Origin: a virus
Taxonomy: Duplodnaviria; Caudoviricetes
IMG/VR virus record: IMGVR_UViG_3300017791_000194
Span: 1-64,000 of that record
Strand: one strand, 5' to 3'
DNA length: 64,000 nucleotides
This document shows, one piece after another, positions 44,401-53,901 of this stretch. A program made the position numbers and the translations under genes. Positions within the stretch are counted from its first letter, which is position 1. Every line of letters starts with the position of its first letter. The notes beneath the pieces are model-generated. The model saw only the letters and a program-made list of their open reading frames with translations. It was not told the DNA's origin and did not search any database.

Positions 44401-47301
44401 CCCGCCACCAGGCTGGCGCGTTCCGCTCGCAGCGCCCATATGCAGGGGCGCGCCGGTTGGGGCTGTCTGGGTAACCCGAACGGATCGTCCACCAGGCTGG
44501 CCGGTCAGGGCAGCTGGCCAGTTCACGATGAAGACGCGCTGGACCAAGCCCTGGGCATTGATGACGTGCTGTGTGGGAGGCGGCACGAAGCCTGTGGCAC
44601 CGTGGAACGAGATCCCGCCGCCATCAGCGCGGCCGGTCAGATCCTTGCCAAAGCCCTTGCCCTGCCGGGCGCGCGCCAGCCAGGTCGGCACCTGGTGCGT
44701 CGGGACGACCTCAGCTTCGCCGTTGGGCCCCTGGACGATCAGCTCAGGGCCGCGCTCACCAACCTGAGTGACGCTGAAGCCAGGCGGCAGCTCGGCTGTT
44801 CCACGTGCAACCATCCGGCCCAGCAGACCGGTGTGCTTGACCTGGCCGCCCTCAGCGTTCTTCTCCATGAACGACTCGGGGAAGTCGCCAGGGCTCATGC
44901 CGACCAGCGGGTCGGTCTTGAACCCCATCGCGCGATCAGCTGGATGAAGCTGATCAGCAGGCGGTCGCTCCTCCGGCGAGTAGAGCGGATGGTAGAAATC
45001 ATGCTGGCCTTCTGGCTGGCCACTTCGCCACAGCCAGTAGGCGTCAACGTCGGCGTCCTGCTCACTCAGCTGGCCGAGGTTGGCGAGCTGGATGAGCCCA
45101 AGGCGACGCTTCCAGCCAGGCATAGGGCCGCCCTCAGCCCGGCCCGGCGGCCCCCAGCCAATCTGGTCGCGCTTGCCGCGCGTGTTGCAGTTCTTGCAGG
45201 CGGTCGTGATGTTCCTTCGGTCGAAGGGGGAGCCACCCTTGGACAGCGGCTTGATGTGGTCAGCTTGGAGTGGGTTCTTCTCCGAGCCGAACGTGCCGCA
45301 GTAGGTGCAGAACGGCTGGAAGGCCCGCTGGCGCAGCGACATCTGGCGCCACTGGTTGGTGTGATGGACGCGCCCGCCCTCGGCGTAGCCCCGAATCTCA
45401 CGGAGACGCTCTTCGCGCTCCTTCGCCAGGCGCAATGCCCGGGCGATTGAAGATTCGCGCTCAGCACCAGGTTCACGCTCAACCGTGGCGGGCCTGGTCG
45501 TGATCGGCGTGAAGGACTCAGCCTTCGGTGCCTGTTCCGGCGCGACCGGGCGGTCAGGCGCCAGATCGACGAGACCAGCTCTGATGGCCGACATGCGCGC
45601 AGCCGTATCTGCATCAGGGGCCTGAGCACGAACGTTGGTCTTGGCTGATGGGCGGGGGGCGGCGAGCCCGCCAGGCGGGATCTCCGGCTCCTTATCCGAG
45701 ATATTCTTCAGAAGCCGCTTGTCGATCAGTGTCTTGGCACGCTTGGGCAGCGACATCGCCGCCTGCTTCTGGCCCTGCTCAACTGCCCCGCCCGTGACCT
45801 GACCGCCGCCACTGGCCCGCCCGCCCTTGCGGGCGCCAGCATTGACGTTGGCGATGCCGCCGCCGGTCTCCTCAGCTGCGGTCGCGAACCGTGATGCCGG
45901 GATGAGCATGAGGCGCTGCCAGGCCTGGATGATCTTCGGATCGTTGATGGGATTGAGCGCGCCGCCAGCCGCCGTCTCGACCGTTGACGGGAGACCCAGG
46001 TGCTGGAACAGCTCCTCGCGCTGGCGCGGCTTCAGGGCGCGCAGCTGCGCGCGGGCGTCCTCGATGGACATCGTCTCGACATCGCCGAGTCCGGCTGCCT
46101 TGTATTCCCCAGCGAAGGCGAGCAGGCCCTTCTTGCGCTGCACGCTCTCGCCCAGTTCGCGCAGAGCCGCGCTGAACGGGTTGACCGTTTCGGGTGTCTC
46201 GCCTTGCTTGACCTCGGCAGCGATGTCCTCTGGGCGAATCCTCATGCCCAGATCAGCCCGCAGCTGACCCTCTGCGGTCAGTTCACGACCGGCCGCCATG
46301 AGGTCGCGCGGTGCGACGGATCGCCGGAACTTTTCGTCCTTGCCCTTGCCCACGAAGTTGGCCAGCGGATCACCACGCCGCCCAACAGGCGGACGTTCAG
46401 TCCCTGGAATCTGCGTGGCACTACCGGCACGTGGCTGGTTCGGAGCGCCTGTGGCTGCCTGTTTGGCTGCCCGCTGTGCAGCACGCTGGCCCGCCCTGCG
46501 GCCACCGATACCGGCGGCCTCGGGCGCGACTGGTTCGGCAGGCGGAACCGCGGCGCCCTTCTGTTCGGCGCGTCGCTCCTTGGCCAGACGGGTCCGCTCA
46601 GCCTCAGCTCGCTTGACCTCGTCGTTGGCCTTCTGGAGCGCCTCCTGATCAGAGGCTGCCTCGGCCTTCTTGCGTGCAGACATCGCGCCGCGCAGGCGCT
46701 CGTCGTTGGCCTTCTGGGCAGCGGTCCGTGGCGCCTTGGTCGCAGTGCCACTACCACCCGCTGTGGGCTGTGGCATGGCCCCGCCACCACCGCCACCACC
46801 ACCACCGCCCTTGCCCGGCGGGGGCCCGAAGCCACCGGCGCCACCCCAGCCTTCGGGCGGCTGCGGCCAGCCACCCTTGGGCTGCGAGGCAAGCTGCCAG
46901 TCGACAGTGATGACACCAATAGCCGCACGCAGGTCACGGGCGGTGGCTGCCTGCTCCTTCTTGGTCAGGTTGGTGTCGAGGACGACTGGGACCTTGACGC
47001 CACCGCCCGGGAGGCCCTTGAGATCGTCGGTCAGCTGCTTGGCGATCGGGGCCGCGTCGAAGTTGGCCAGGCCGACCTTGACGTCGATCTGGCCGAGCTT
47101 GTCCATCTTGGCCTTGAGATCGCCCAGGACCTTGTCGACCGAGCGCTCGCCGGACTTGTTCTCCTTGAGGGAGAGGGTGACCTCGGCGGTGCGCTTCTTG
47201 CGCAGCTCGGCGTCCATGACCGAACTAACGCGACGAATGCCCGTCGCGACCTCGCTCGCATCAACCGCAAGCTTGATTCGGATGTCGTCAATCGTTGCCA
47301 T
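41437..47301 (-). CDS. Tape measure protein with in-frame HNH domain
   Basis: 1954 aa, Ala/Gly-rich helical; follows the chaperones; A(E/D)GG and VGExG(P/E) motifs. Confidence 0.85.
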   Translation of the reverse strand: MATIDDIRIKLAVDASEVATGIRRVSSVMDAELRKKRTAEVTLSLKENKSGERSVDKVLGDLKAKMDKLGQIDVKVGLANFDAAPIAKQLTDDLKGLPGGGVKVPVVLDTNLTKKEQAATARDLRAAIGVITVDWQLASQPKGGWPQPPEGWGGAGGFGPPPGKGGGGGGGGGGAMPQPTAGGSGTATKAPRTAAQKANDERLRGAMSARKKAEAASDQEALQKANDEVKRAEAERTRLAKERRAEQKGAAVPPAEPVAPEAAGIGGRRAGQRAAQRAAKQAATGAPNQPRAGSATQIPGTERPPVGRRGDPLANFVGKGKDEKFRRSVAPRDLMAAGRELTAEGQLRADLGMRIRPEDIAAEVKQGETPETVNPFSAALRELGESVQRKKGLLAFAGEYKAAGLGDVETMSIEDARAQLRALKPRQREELFQHLGLPSTVETAAGGALNPINDPKIIQAWQRLMLIPASRFATAAEETGGGIANVNAGARKGGRASGGGQVTGGAVEQGQKQAAMSLPKRAKTLIDKRLLKNISDKEPEIPPGGLAAPRPSAKTNVRAQAPDADTAARMSAIRAGLVDLAPDRPVAPEQAPKAESFTPITTRPATVEREPGAERESSIARALRLAKEREERLREIRGYAEGGRVHHTNQWRQMSLRQRAFQPFCTYCGTFGSEKNPLQADHIKPLSKGGSPFDRRNITTACKNCNTRGKRDQIGWGPPGRAEGGPMPGWKRRLGLIQLANLGQLSEQDADVDAYWLWRSGQPEGQHDFYHPLYSPEERPPADQLHPADRAMGFKTDPLVGMSPGDFPESFMEKNAEGGQVKHTGLLGRMVARGTAELPPGFSVTQVGERGPELIVQGPNGEAEVVPTHQVPTWLARARQGKGFGKDLTGRADGGGISFHGATGFVPPPTQHVINAQGLVQRVFIVNWPAALTGQPGGRSVRVTQTAPTGAPLHMGAASGTRQPGGGGGPAVVTPPGPLPGVGGVAAGQPIPELLPSQDPFFRTRVAFASQGRLGAGRSGGQAERAQLAIDQALNPVRAFTTSVSQVVQTLAGRGELTKNVKAAQAAISEQQRTEQTFESRRREFQFGLANRRAIRRLGGAATTEQLGVLASLEVSLPRLAKSVLFLRDASRDAAKTTDAAIDKIDGASSAFRNLAVGGISAIGAGVAFTTTFAAFNAAFETGAKAIADVTERSTNYSNATAALSEELAKGARASGSSAKAATAATLAASGLADETSKQVAPALAGRAQGVAGNQALQEQVVQIAAAQNIGQGRPQGLPAGFDASLVRSTGGPFNLGLLPGVLSDRSTSDILRNSLNQVPGGGSQSFGGGAGPFRGMSAPGTFIGRGAGPGTGFLGVPPGSSIEKEQAKADEALNDWLKTVTERGQKGGSLSQLVREADQARIDATIKAFESVGADDLAQSLRARADKGQGLALTGAISDFLAAQFLSAQQQAGLRPSVGNIVAQLTSPIGGLAPEQGGLNQLDVQLRDISRRAGFQRETVLPAQQALAFANQPLVPFNDPRLRPSAPLPGRAFADTENTVGQYQTAFEKYAKFAEPAQARINEQIEKGRATLQSWIGPDLLNDITTLGKSIQDIQLGLSQRSLNLEVSQYNNEIRIATRQLGIAQDFTKAIKGNVKDTIGGLQGQNYALGRQLQLLQQELQQRQINLQLALAGFQTPGETSEERAARRDDAEAQAKLAQEQLNLQKQLSGNEFAIGLKENANAITDLTAQIALLREGKSFAIDSFAAQEAIKNMEAELQLLDQDAQSRFDQQVQNEQVLLGIWHDIEAATGKALDIREKEFANLITAFQKAGKAAGKAAVDYVVAATLAAATTSIPGLNSSGSPDERQEQTDLRLLERLTNTDLNGNGRIGAQTGLVGYAPGQTDITVGEAKGEAVAILRNPQKMSWDGGGSAAPVINIIFNNPSVRDDGDLQKLVRQVEEALNRRMQLQGLR

Positions 47302-47313
47302 GGTTGGCTCCGA

Positions 47314-47870
47314 TCAGGTCATCGGACCCGTGAGCGACTCGCCTTCCCAGTCGAAGTCGCCGTCCTCGTCCTCGTCAGGAGGCTTGCTCGCCTCGATGAC
47401 GTGGTCGCGGAGTTCTTTGAAGTAGCGGAATGGGTAGCGCCAGATCACGTGAGGCATCACGCCCCACCATTTGGCCATGACGAACGCCATCTGGCGGTTC
47501 GTCAGGCGGCGTTTCCCTGGGGGGTCTCCTCGGGCTCTGGCTCAGTCTCGATCTTCACCGGCTCGTCGCCGTAGTGCAGATCGCTGACCAGCTTCTGGAT
47601 CGCGCGGTAGTAGCGCACGCCCAGCTTCAGTAGCTGGTCTGGCTTCGGCCGAACGGCATCGAGGATCATCAGGCGCATCAGCGTGAGCTGATCGATGTCC
47701 TCTTCATCCTCGCCGGTGATGTCGTTGCGGGTCTTGGTCGTTGCCTTCGCGAGCAGCTCGTTGTAGCGCTCCATCGACAACTCGGTCACGGTGTAGGTGG
47801 TGCCGCGGATCGTGGCCCGAATGCTGGCGGGGACGTCAGACGGCGCTGGAAGATCAACCTTGGCGCTCAT
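47314..47870 (-). CDS. Tail assembly chaperone, long -1 frameshift product
   Basis: In-frame G GGA AAC at 47517-47511; -1 frame open to TGA at 47316-47314. Confidence 0.75.
47502..47870 (-). CDS. Tail assembly chaperone, short form
   Basis: Position between major tail and tape measure; slippery site 3 codons before the stop. Confidence 0.75.
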   Translation of the reverse strand: MSAKVDLPAPSDVPASIRATIRGTTYTVTELSMERYNELLAKATTKTRNDITGEDEEDIDQLTLMRLMILDAVRPKPDQLLKLGVRYYRAIQKLVSDLHYGDEPVKIETEPEPEETPQGNAA

Positions 47871-48174
47871 AGAGTTTCACTCCTTTGACGAGTAGGACTC
47901 GACCGGTGAGTACCGTTTCCTCTGCCTCGGTCAGCTGAGCCCGGAACTCTTTGCTTCTGCCGATCACGAGCTGCGCTTCTTTGGTGTAGTCCGGATCGTT
48001 GAACAGAAGTGGGTTGACAAAAGAAAACACGGCGCGGAGGTCGTAGCGGTAGGTACCGCTGTCTGCTCCACGCCGCGTGAGTTCCCATTTTTCAGTGACG
48101 CCGACAACGGCGCCGAGATCGGGGATGGTGATCTGGCCCCTCACACCAGAAATGCGCTTGAACAAATAGGGCAC
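47854..48174 (-). CDS. Tail-region hypothetical protein
   Basis: GGAGG RBS; synteny. Confidence 0.55.
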   Translation of the reverse strand: MPYLFKRISGVRGQITIPDLGAVVGVTEKWELTRRGADSGTYRYDLRAVFSFVNPLLFNDPDYTKEAQLVIGRSKEFRAQLTEAEETVLTGRVLLVKGVKLYERQG

Positions 48175-48206
48175 GGCCTCCTCCGTAACGGAGTGAAGGA
48201 CTAGAA

Positions 48207-48240
48207 CTGTGGTCCCGCAGCGAACACTACGGGACCACAG
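48207..48240 (-). terminator. Hairpin after the major tail gene
   Basis: CTGTGGTCCCG / CGGGACCACAG, 11 bp. Confidence 0.5.
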
Positions 48241-48268
48241 AACTCACATGTTGTTGATCAGCTGTGGA

Positions 48269-48694
48269 TTACAGCGAGCCGTCGCTGAAGACTGTCCACG
48301 CACCCGACGCCCGGAAGTTGCCCGAGACGCGGATGGCGTCGGTATTCGACGCGGTGATCGTTGCATCGAACAGGCCCGGGCCGTATGCGATGCAGATCTC
48401 GTTGCTGGTGCGATCGTCTGCATACAGGTAGATCAGCTGGTCATCAGAGTTGGTCGTGTTGACCAGAAGATCACCGGACACGTCGAGCAAGCCGTTGAAG
48501 CTGCCCTGGATGTCCTTGAGGCCGACGAGGTAGGTCTTGTTGGTGTCACCGAAGACGGTGGCATCAACATAGTCACGGTTCAGGTTGAGCGTCCACTCGC
48601 TCTTCGCCGCGACCTTAGTGCCCACGTTCTTCGGGCCACCAACATAGATCGCGCCGTTCTTGCCATGACGCTTGGTTCCGGCATTTGCAGCCAC
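48269..48694 (-). CDS. Major tail (tube) protein
   Basis: SEWTLNLNRDYVDATVFGD...VGLKDIQGSFNG; synteny. Confidence 0.75.
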   Translation of the reverse strand: MAANAGTKRHGKNGAIYVGGPKNVGTKVAAKSEWTLNLNRDYVDATVFGDTNKTYLVGLKDIQGSFNGLLDVSGDLLVNTTNSDDQLIYLYADDRTSNEICIAYGPGLFDATITASNTDAIRVSGNFRASGAWTVFSDGSL

Positions 48695-48722
48695 AGGGCG
48701 TTCCCTTCATACATGACCGAGG

Positions 48723-49142
48723 TCACAACGACTGATCGGTCCAGACTTCGTAGGACCCGCCGACCTGGTAGAACTTCCGGCCCTCTGCGGTCTCGCTGAC
48801 GGCACCGGGTTGGTCCGCCATGCGATAGCAGATCAGGTTCGTCTGCCCGGTCACACTCAGCGACGCTCCATCGAGCGTGTTGAGGACGAGCTGGTCGACG
48901 TTGTTGGCGACGACCGGGTTCTCCGCGTGGACGAAGACATCCACCAACGCCACGATCATGCGGTGGCCCCAGTCGTCGGCGTAGGGGGCTGCCACAAGGT
49001 TGTACGTGAGCAGTGGATAGGTCTGGACTCGCGCGGGGGCAAAGCCCTCGTGGATTCCGCCAGTCAAGGCGGCCTTGAGTGTTCCGTTGCCGCGGAGGGC
49101 GGCGACGATGCTCTGCTTGATCGCGGCGGACGTTGTAGCCAT
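48723..49142 (-). CDS. Tail terminator / completion protein
   Basis: Synteny; YPLLTY...VDVFVHAEN. Confidence 0.65.
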   Translation of the reverse strand: MATTSAAIKQSIVAALRGNGTLKAALTGGIHEGFAPARVQTYPLLTYNLVAAPYADDWGHRMIVALVDVFVHAENPVVANNVDQLVLNTLDGASLSVTGQTNLICYRMADQPGAVSETAEGRKFYQVGGSYEVWTDQSL

Positions 49143-49154
49143 GGCTGTCCGTCC

Positions 49155-49964
49155 TTACCGAAGTGCTCGGTCAAGCTTGTTCCCGAACCTACGCAGCGCA
49201 TCTCCGCCAGTAGGTTTGAGGACCAACTCGATGGACCCGGCGACAACACGAACCGGATAGGTCCCTCGCTGGAGGGCCGTCTTGATCGCGGTCCGTTGTG
49301 AGGCACCGAGCTTTGAGAGGTAATTGCGCAGCGCGGGTCGGAGGTATGGCTGTGGCGCGTTGTGCGCCGTACCCATCTCCTGCGCGTAGGCGTAGTTGAA
49401 GCCATGCTCGATCGCCGATGCCTTGACGTAGCCGACGATCCGATAGCCACCTCTGGTTGGCCCTTCGGGTTCGATGGAGTCGCGCAGCGTGCCGCCGTAC
49501 TCAACACCGGATTTGCCGCCAGGCAGGACGTGGAGACCGGCGCCGCGAGCGAGGTCGCGCCTGGCACGGGCCAGGATCTGTTTGCCCGCGATCCGGTGCC
49601 TGCCAAGCCTGAATCTGAACGCGACGTTGAAGCCGGGCTCACGCTCGACTTCGCGAAACTCCTGGCCGCCGAGACGGCCCGCCTTCAGGCGACGAGTGAC
49701 CGGAGCTGAACTATTTGGCGCGCCCCTGACGAACTCGCCCTCCAGCGTGCGCCCAACGCGCTTGGCCATGGAGTACGGCTTGCCGGTGACCTCATGGTTG
49801 TGGACACCGATGTGTGCGCTGATCGCGCGTCGGCCACCACCCTTGAACAGCTTGCGCACTGGCGCCAGGCGCCGTGCATCAGTGGCGATCTCATTGAGTG
49901 ATTGCTCGACGCCCTCTTCGGCCGCAGCAATGATCGAGTCGACCAGACGCTGGAAGTCGATCAT
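49155..49964 (-). CDS. HK97 gp10-like neck protein
   Basis: GGTLRDSI...YAYAQEMGT...PQPYLRPAL. Confidence 0.7.
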   Translation of the reverse strand: MIDFQRLVDSIIAAAEEGVEQSLNEIATDARRLAPVRKLFKGGGRRAISAHIGVHNHEVTGKPYSMAKRVGRTLEGEFVRGAPNSSAPVTRRLKAGRLGGQEFREVEREPGFNVAFRFRLGRHRIAGKQILARARRDLARGAGLHVLPGGKSGVEYGGTLRDSIEPEGPTRGGYRIVGYVKASAIEHGFNYAYAQEMGTAHNAPQPYLRPALRNYLSKLGASQRTAIKTALQRGTYPVRVVAGSIELVLKPTGGDALRRFGNKLDRALR

Positions 49965-49966
49965 GG

Positions 49967-50353
49967 CTACTCCAGGGTCTTGACCATCAAGCCCAGATAG
50001 GCAGGCCAGGTCTCGCCGTTGTTCACGTCGTTGACCACGTACTCGACGCCTGCAATCAGCACGTGATCGCCGTTGGTAACTTCGGTGCCGACCGGGACCC
50101 AGAGCCTGTGGTCATGGACCGCGACGAGCTGCCCGGACTCGATCTGAAGGGTGTTGTTGGCGACCGAATGGAGCATGCCCATCACGGTCTTCGCCGTCGA
50201 GGCCGAGGCGTAGCTGACGGACGAACCGTAGGGATCGTCGGTCACTTCCAGGCCCGTGGTTGCGGTCTGGGGCAAGATCGTGACCTCGGTCTGCATGCCC
50301 AGTTCCGCGAGGCGCTGAATGGCGCCCAGCTGCGCATCAGAGAGCAGCTTCAT
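49967..50353 (-). CDS. Head-closure protein
   Basis: Synteny; VPVGTEVTNGDHVLIAGVEYVV. Confidence 0.65.
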   Translation of the reverse strand: MKLLSDAQLGAIQRLAELGMQTEVTILPQTATTGLEVTDDPYGSSVSYASASTAKTVMGMLHSVANNTLQIESGQLVAVHDHRLWVPVGTEVTNGDHVLIAGVEYVVNDVNNGETWPAYLGLMVKTLE

Positions 50354-51234
50354 CGGACCGTCAAATAGCGGTAGCCATCGAGCAGCCAGGCGGCTTGCGG
50401 GATGAGCTGATCGAGATTGACGCTGGTCAGGCGCATCACAGGCGTGCTCATGGAGACTTCGCCGACCTTGAGCGTCTGGAACCCAGCCATCTGGGACTCC
50501 TGCACCCGGCGCCCGGTGATCAGATAGGTCGCGATCTGCCCGACTGCGTCCCGGATCTCACCGGGCAGGCGGTAGTCGTAATCCATGCTTACCGTATCGG
50601 TCGCACCAAGCTGACTGTTGAAAGTGACCGTACCTTCGATCAGATCGACGGTGTAGTCGCTGGGACTGGCAGGAGTGCCATTGACGTAGACGACTGGGTC
50701 GTTGTCTTCGTCGGTCCAGAACTGGTTCGCGGCGCGGTAGGTCCGCGCGTCGGTTGCGTAGCAGGTTTCACCGACCACGCTCATCAACCAGCCGTACGTG
50801 TAGCTGATCGAGGCGATCGGAGTGAGTAGGCCAATCCCCGGGATGCCCGCACCGAAGAGCCCCACGCTGGTGAACGCGAACGAGGTGACTTCGACATAGC
50901 GGTCGGCGTTGTTGATGAACAGCTCCGACGGCGCAACCTCGACGTACTGCGTGTTGGTCGCGTTGACCCGGAAGCTGGACACCGCCTTCACTGGCCAGTG
51001 ATACGGCCAGACGCGACGCCGCGGCATCTCATCGACATGAATGGGCAACGTCCAGTCATGCTGCTCGCCCGTGATGGAACCGCCGAAGAAACTATGTCCC
51101 AACGGGACGGCGCAGTACCCCTCTGCCAGGGAGGATGCTCGTCCGAGGATCGACGCCAGCTCGACATCCTCGATGTCCGCCAGGTCGCTCCCGAACCCCA
51201 TAGTCCGGTACTTCTCAGGCGTGACGTAGAGCAC
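50350..51234 (-). CDS. Head-tail adaptor with inserted domain
   Basis: YVTPEKY...RASSLAEGYC...LPGEIRDAV...LLDGYR. Confidence 0.7.
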   Translation of the reverse strand: MLYVTPEKYRTMGFGSDLADIEDVELASILGRASSLAEGYCAVPLGHSFFGGSITGEQHDWTLPIHVDEMPRRRVWPYHWPVKAVSSFRVNATNTQYVEVAPSELFINNADRYVEVTSFAFTSVGLFGAGIPGIGLLTPIASISYTYGWLMSVVGETCYATDARTYRAANQFWTDEDNDPVVYVNGTPASPSDYTVDLIEGTVTFNSQLGATDTVSMDYDYRLPGEIRDAVGQIATYLITGRRVQESQMAGFQTLKVGEVSMSTPVMRLTSVNLDQLIPQAAWLLDGYRYLTVR

Positions 51235-51255
51235 GCATTGCTCCTGTCAGGTAGG

Positions 51256-51291
51256 CCCGGCGGCGGGTGTGGAGGGCAACCCGCCGCCGGG
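51256..51291 (-). terminator. 13-bp hairpin after the major capsid gene
   Basis: CCCGGCGGCGGGT / ACCCGCCGCCGGG. Confidence 0.55.
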
Positions 51292-51300
51292 GTTAGAGGG

Positions 51301-52647
51301 TTAAGCGACCTTGACGCGCACCTTGTTCGAGAAGGTCGGCGCCTTGACGGCGAGACCCCACATGCCGAACACGATGTACAGATGCACGAGCTGGCCGCTG
51401 ATGCCGACCGGGATGTCGAGGACCGTGGGGCCCTCGGAACCGAGGTACGGCAGGCTGATCGTGCTCTCATCCAGGATGTACAAATCCCGGACATCGTTGC
51501 CGCTGTACGTGCTGGTGGCGGTGTAGTTGTCGATCGCGTCACCAGGGACGATAGCCCACGGAAGCTCACCCGCGACCGTGTTCACCGTGGAGGCAGTGAC
51601 GCCCACCGCGATGTTCACCTGGTTCGGGATGACGATCCTGGTCTTGCTGTCCTGCTGCTGGTGGAACGTCCGCTTCTCAGTCGGATGGCTCCACAGGATC
51701 GACGGCATCCCGCCGCCCTCCTGGGCGATGTTCTCGACCGCCTCATCGATGGCTCGCTGCATGTTGCCGGTCGTGTCCGGGCTCGTTGCCGGATCGACGT
51801 TGGTCGCGCGGGCCGAGTTGAGGATCGAGCGCAGGCCGGTGAAGGCGTTGGCGTCGTAGGCGCCAAGCTCGTTCGAGCTGGTGCCGCCTGAGTCGGTCGA
51901 ATGGCCAGAGAAGATCTGCTGCTGCATGCGATGTGCGATGGAGCGCAGGCCGCCCTGGAGTTCGATCTGCTCGGGGTTGTAGCTCATGCCACCCGCGGGG
52001 ACGGCTGCACGGGCCTTCAGCGAGATACCGCGTCGGGTCGAGATGATCGCGACGTTGGTTGTCTCGCGGTTGTACGTGCTCTTGTCGTCCTGCACGGTGC
52101 CCAGCTCAGCCATGAACTGCGCATCGCCGTAGGCGGTGATCTGGTTCCACGTGTGGGTCAGGCCGTTCGCGGGCTCTCGGCGGAACCGATCGAACGCCGG
52201 GAACGTACGAATGAACAGCTCGTAGAGGACCGGCTCAAGGTCCTGCCGGATGAGCGCGGCGGCGCCGCCGGTGTCCAGGGCCCGGAGGACGTCCGGGGTG
52301 AGCTGGCTACCGATGCCGTTGAAGCGCTCCATGGTGCCCTGGCCACCGGCGCTGAGCCAGTAGTCGAGCGGAATGCCGGTGTCCTTGCGCGACGCCTGCT
52401 CGGCGAAGAGCATCTCAAGCTCGGCGACCGACTTCGAGCGAAGTGCGGTGCGCAGGTTGAACTGCTCGCCCCGAGACAGGAGCCGTCGATTGGACGGCGG
52501 CTGGGTGATCTGCTCACCCACACCCTGGGCCTGCGCGGGCGCAGGTGCGGTGTTGGGGTTGTCGTTGAGGCTATCGAGAGCCGTCCCGAAGCGCTCCAGC
52601 GTTTCCGCCAGCGAGCGCTTGAGGGCGGCAAGCTCCTCGTGATCCAT
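51301..52647 (-). CDS. Major capsid protein (HK97-like)
   Basis: Follows the protease; ALDTGGAAALIRQDLEP...; followed by a hairpin and the neck genes. Confidence 0.8.
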   Translation of the reverse strand: MDHEELAALKRSLAETLERFGTALDSLNDNPNTAPAPAQAQGVGEQITQPPSNRRLLSRGEQFNLRTALRSKSVAELEMLFAEQASRKDTGIPLDYWLSAGGQGTMERFNGIGSQLTPDVLRALDTGGAAALIRQDLEPVLYELFIRTFPAFDRFRREPANGLTHTWNQITAYGDAQFMAELGTVQDDKSTYNRETTNVAIISTRRGISLKARAAVPAGGMSYNPEQIELQGGLRSIAHRMQQQIFSGHSTDSGGTSSNELGAYDANAFTGLRSILNSARATNVDPATSPDTTGNMQRAIDEAVENIAQEGGGMPSILWSHPTEKRTFHQQQDSKTRIVIPNQVNIAVGVTASTVNTVAGELPWAIVPGDAIDNYTATSTYSGNDVRDLYILDESTISLPYLGSEGPTVLDIPVGISGQLVHLYIVFGMWGLAVKAPTFSNKVRVKVA

Positions 52648-52650
52648 TGA

Positions 52651-53901
52651 TTAGCTCCTCAGAACTTCAAGGAAGTCGCGGGAGTAGATGCCCTCCAGAT
52701 CGGAGAGATCACTCTGTGCCGCGTCGCGGACTACAGCCGCGCGTGGGCCGAGCGGAAGCTCGGCAAGCTTTGCCACGATGGCCTTGGTGCTGGAGATTGC
52801 CTCCGCAGCCTCGGACATCGCCTTGTCACGCTGCTGCTCTGCGGCAGCCTTGGCAGCCTTGATCGAGGCCAGCTCAGCCGTGAGCCTCTCAACCAAATCG
52901 CCAAGCATCGCGAACGCGGACGTGACTTCCGCGTCCATGCCGACCACTGCCTCCTGCGCCTGGGCGACCGTCTCGCTGGCCGAGTTGGTCACGTCGTCGC
53001 TGGGGGGCTCGCTCTGGGGAGCTGCCTGGGTCTCGGGGTCCACTGACGCCGCCACCACTTCTGGCTCAGCGTCCTTGTGGTAGCCGTTGTCACATCCCGT
53101 TGCACTCTTGCCCTTGCCACAGCTCGGGCAGGAGTCAGCGTCTGTGATTTCGGGGTCGGGAGTTGGGGCGACGATCTCGTCGTCGCTCTGGGGGAAGGTG
53201 AACTGGAGCAGGTTGTTGCTGGTGTTCGCCGAGGTCGTAGTCATTGGCACGTAGCCGATGGTCTGTGTGACCACCGGCGGGAGCGCCTCAACTGCCTCGG
53301 GCTCGATCGAGGCGGGGGCCTCGAAGTAGCTCTTGCGAGCGCTATCGACCCAGCTCCGGGGGTTCGCCGGAATGGCGACGATCGAGGTCTCCAGGAGTTC
53401 GAGGTGCTCGATGATCAGGCGCTTGGTCTTCTTGTCGACCTTGGCGCCGCCTTCGGGGATCATGGCGCCGATGGACAGGCCGAGCTTGGTGCCCTTGCGG
53501 ATGGCCTTCCAGGTCTTGACCGCGCGATCGTTCTCTTCGTTGATGATGATCGACATCCGGAGGTCGTGAACCGGGTCGCCGGTCTTGGTCTGTGCGACCG
53601 AACGGGCGAGCACCGCTGCCTCGACGGAGCCGAAGACATCCTCGGGAACCTCGTACTTGTGGTTGCCAAAGATGGTCAGGTTGTTGTTGGCCGCAGTCTC
53701 CATGTCGAGCAGGCCAGACTCGGTGATCTCATCACCGTGAAGGTCCTTGATCGTGGACGATGCGGTGCCCGAGAGGCGCATCTGCTTGCCGTCCGTGCTG
53801 ACGCTTGCGGTCAGCGGCGCAGGCAGGAACTCATTGTTCTCAGCGTCGAACGCTCGGGTGTAGATCTTGAACTTGATCGGGGTTTCGTTGTAATCAAGCA
53901 C
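52651..53901 (-). CDS. HK97-type prohead protease with scaffold-like C-terminus
   Basis: GTASSTIKDLHGD...HKY...GLSIG...LLETSIVAIPANP; GGAGG before GTG 53901. Confidence 0.8.
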   Translation of the reverse strand: MLDYNETPIKFKIYTRAFDAENNEFLPAPLTASVSTDGKQMRLSGTASSTIKDLHGDEITESGLLDMETAANNNLTIFGNHKYEVPEDVFGSVEAAVLARSVAQTKTGDPVHDLRMSIIINEENDRAVKTWKAIRKGTKLGLSIGAMIPEGGAKVDKKTKRLIIEHLELLETSIVAIPANPRSWVDSARKSYFEAPASIEPEAVEALPPVVTQTIGYVPMTTTSANTSNNLLQFTFPQSDDEIVAPTPDPEITDADSCPSCGKGKSATGCDNGYHKDAEPEVVAASVDPETQAAPQSEPPSDDVTNSASETVAQAQEAVVGMDAEVTSAFAMLGDLVERLTAELASIKAAKAAAEQQRDKAMSEAAEAISSTKAIVAKLAELPLGPRAAVVRDAAQSDLSDLEGIYSRDFLEVLRS

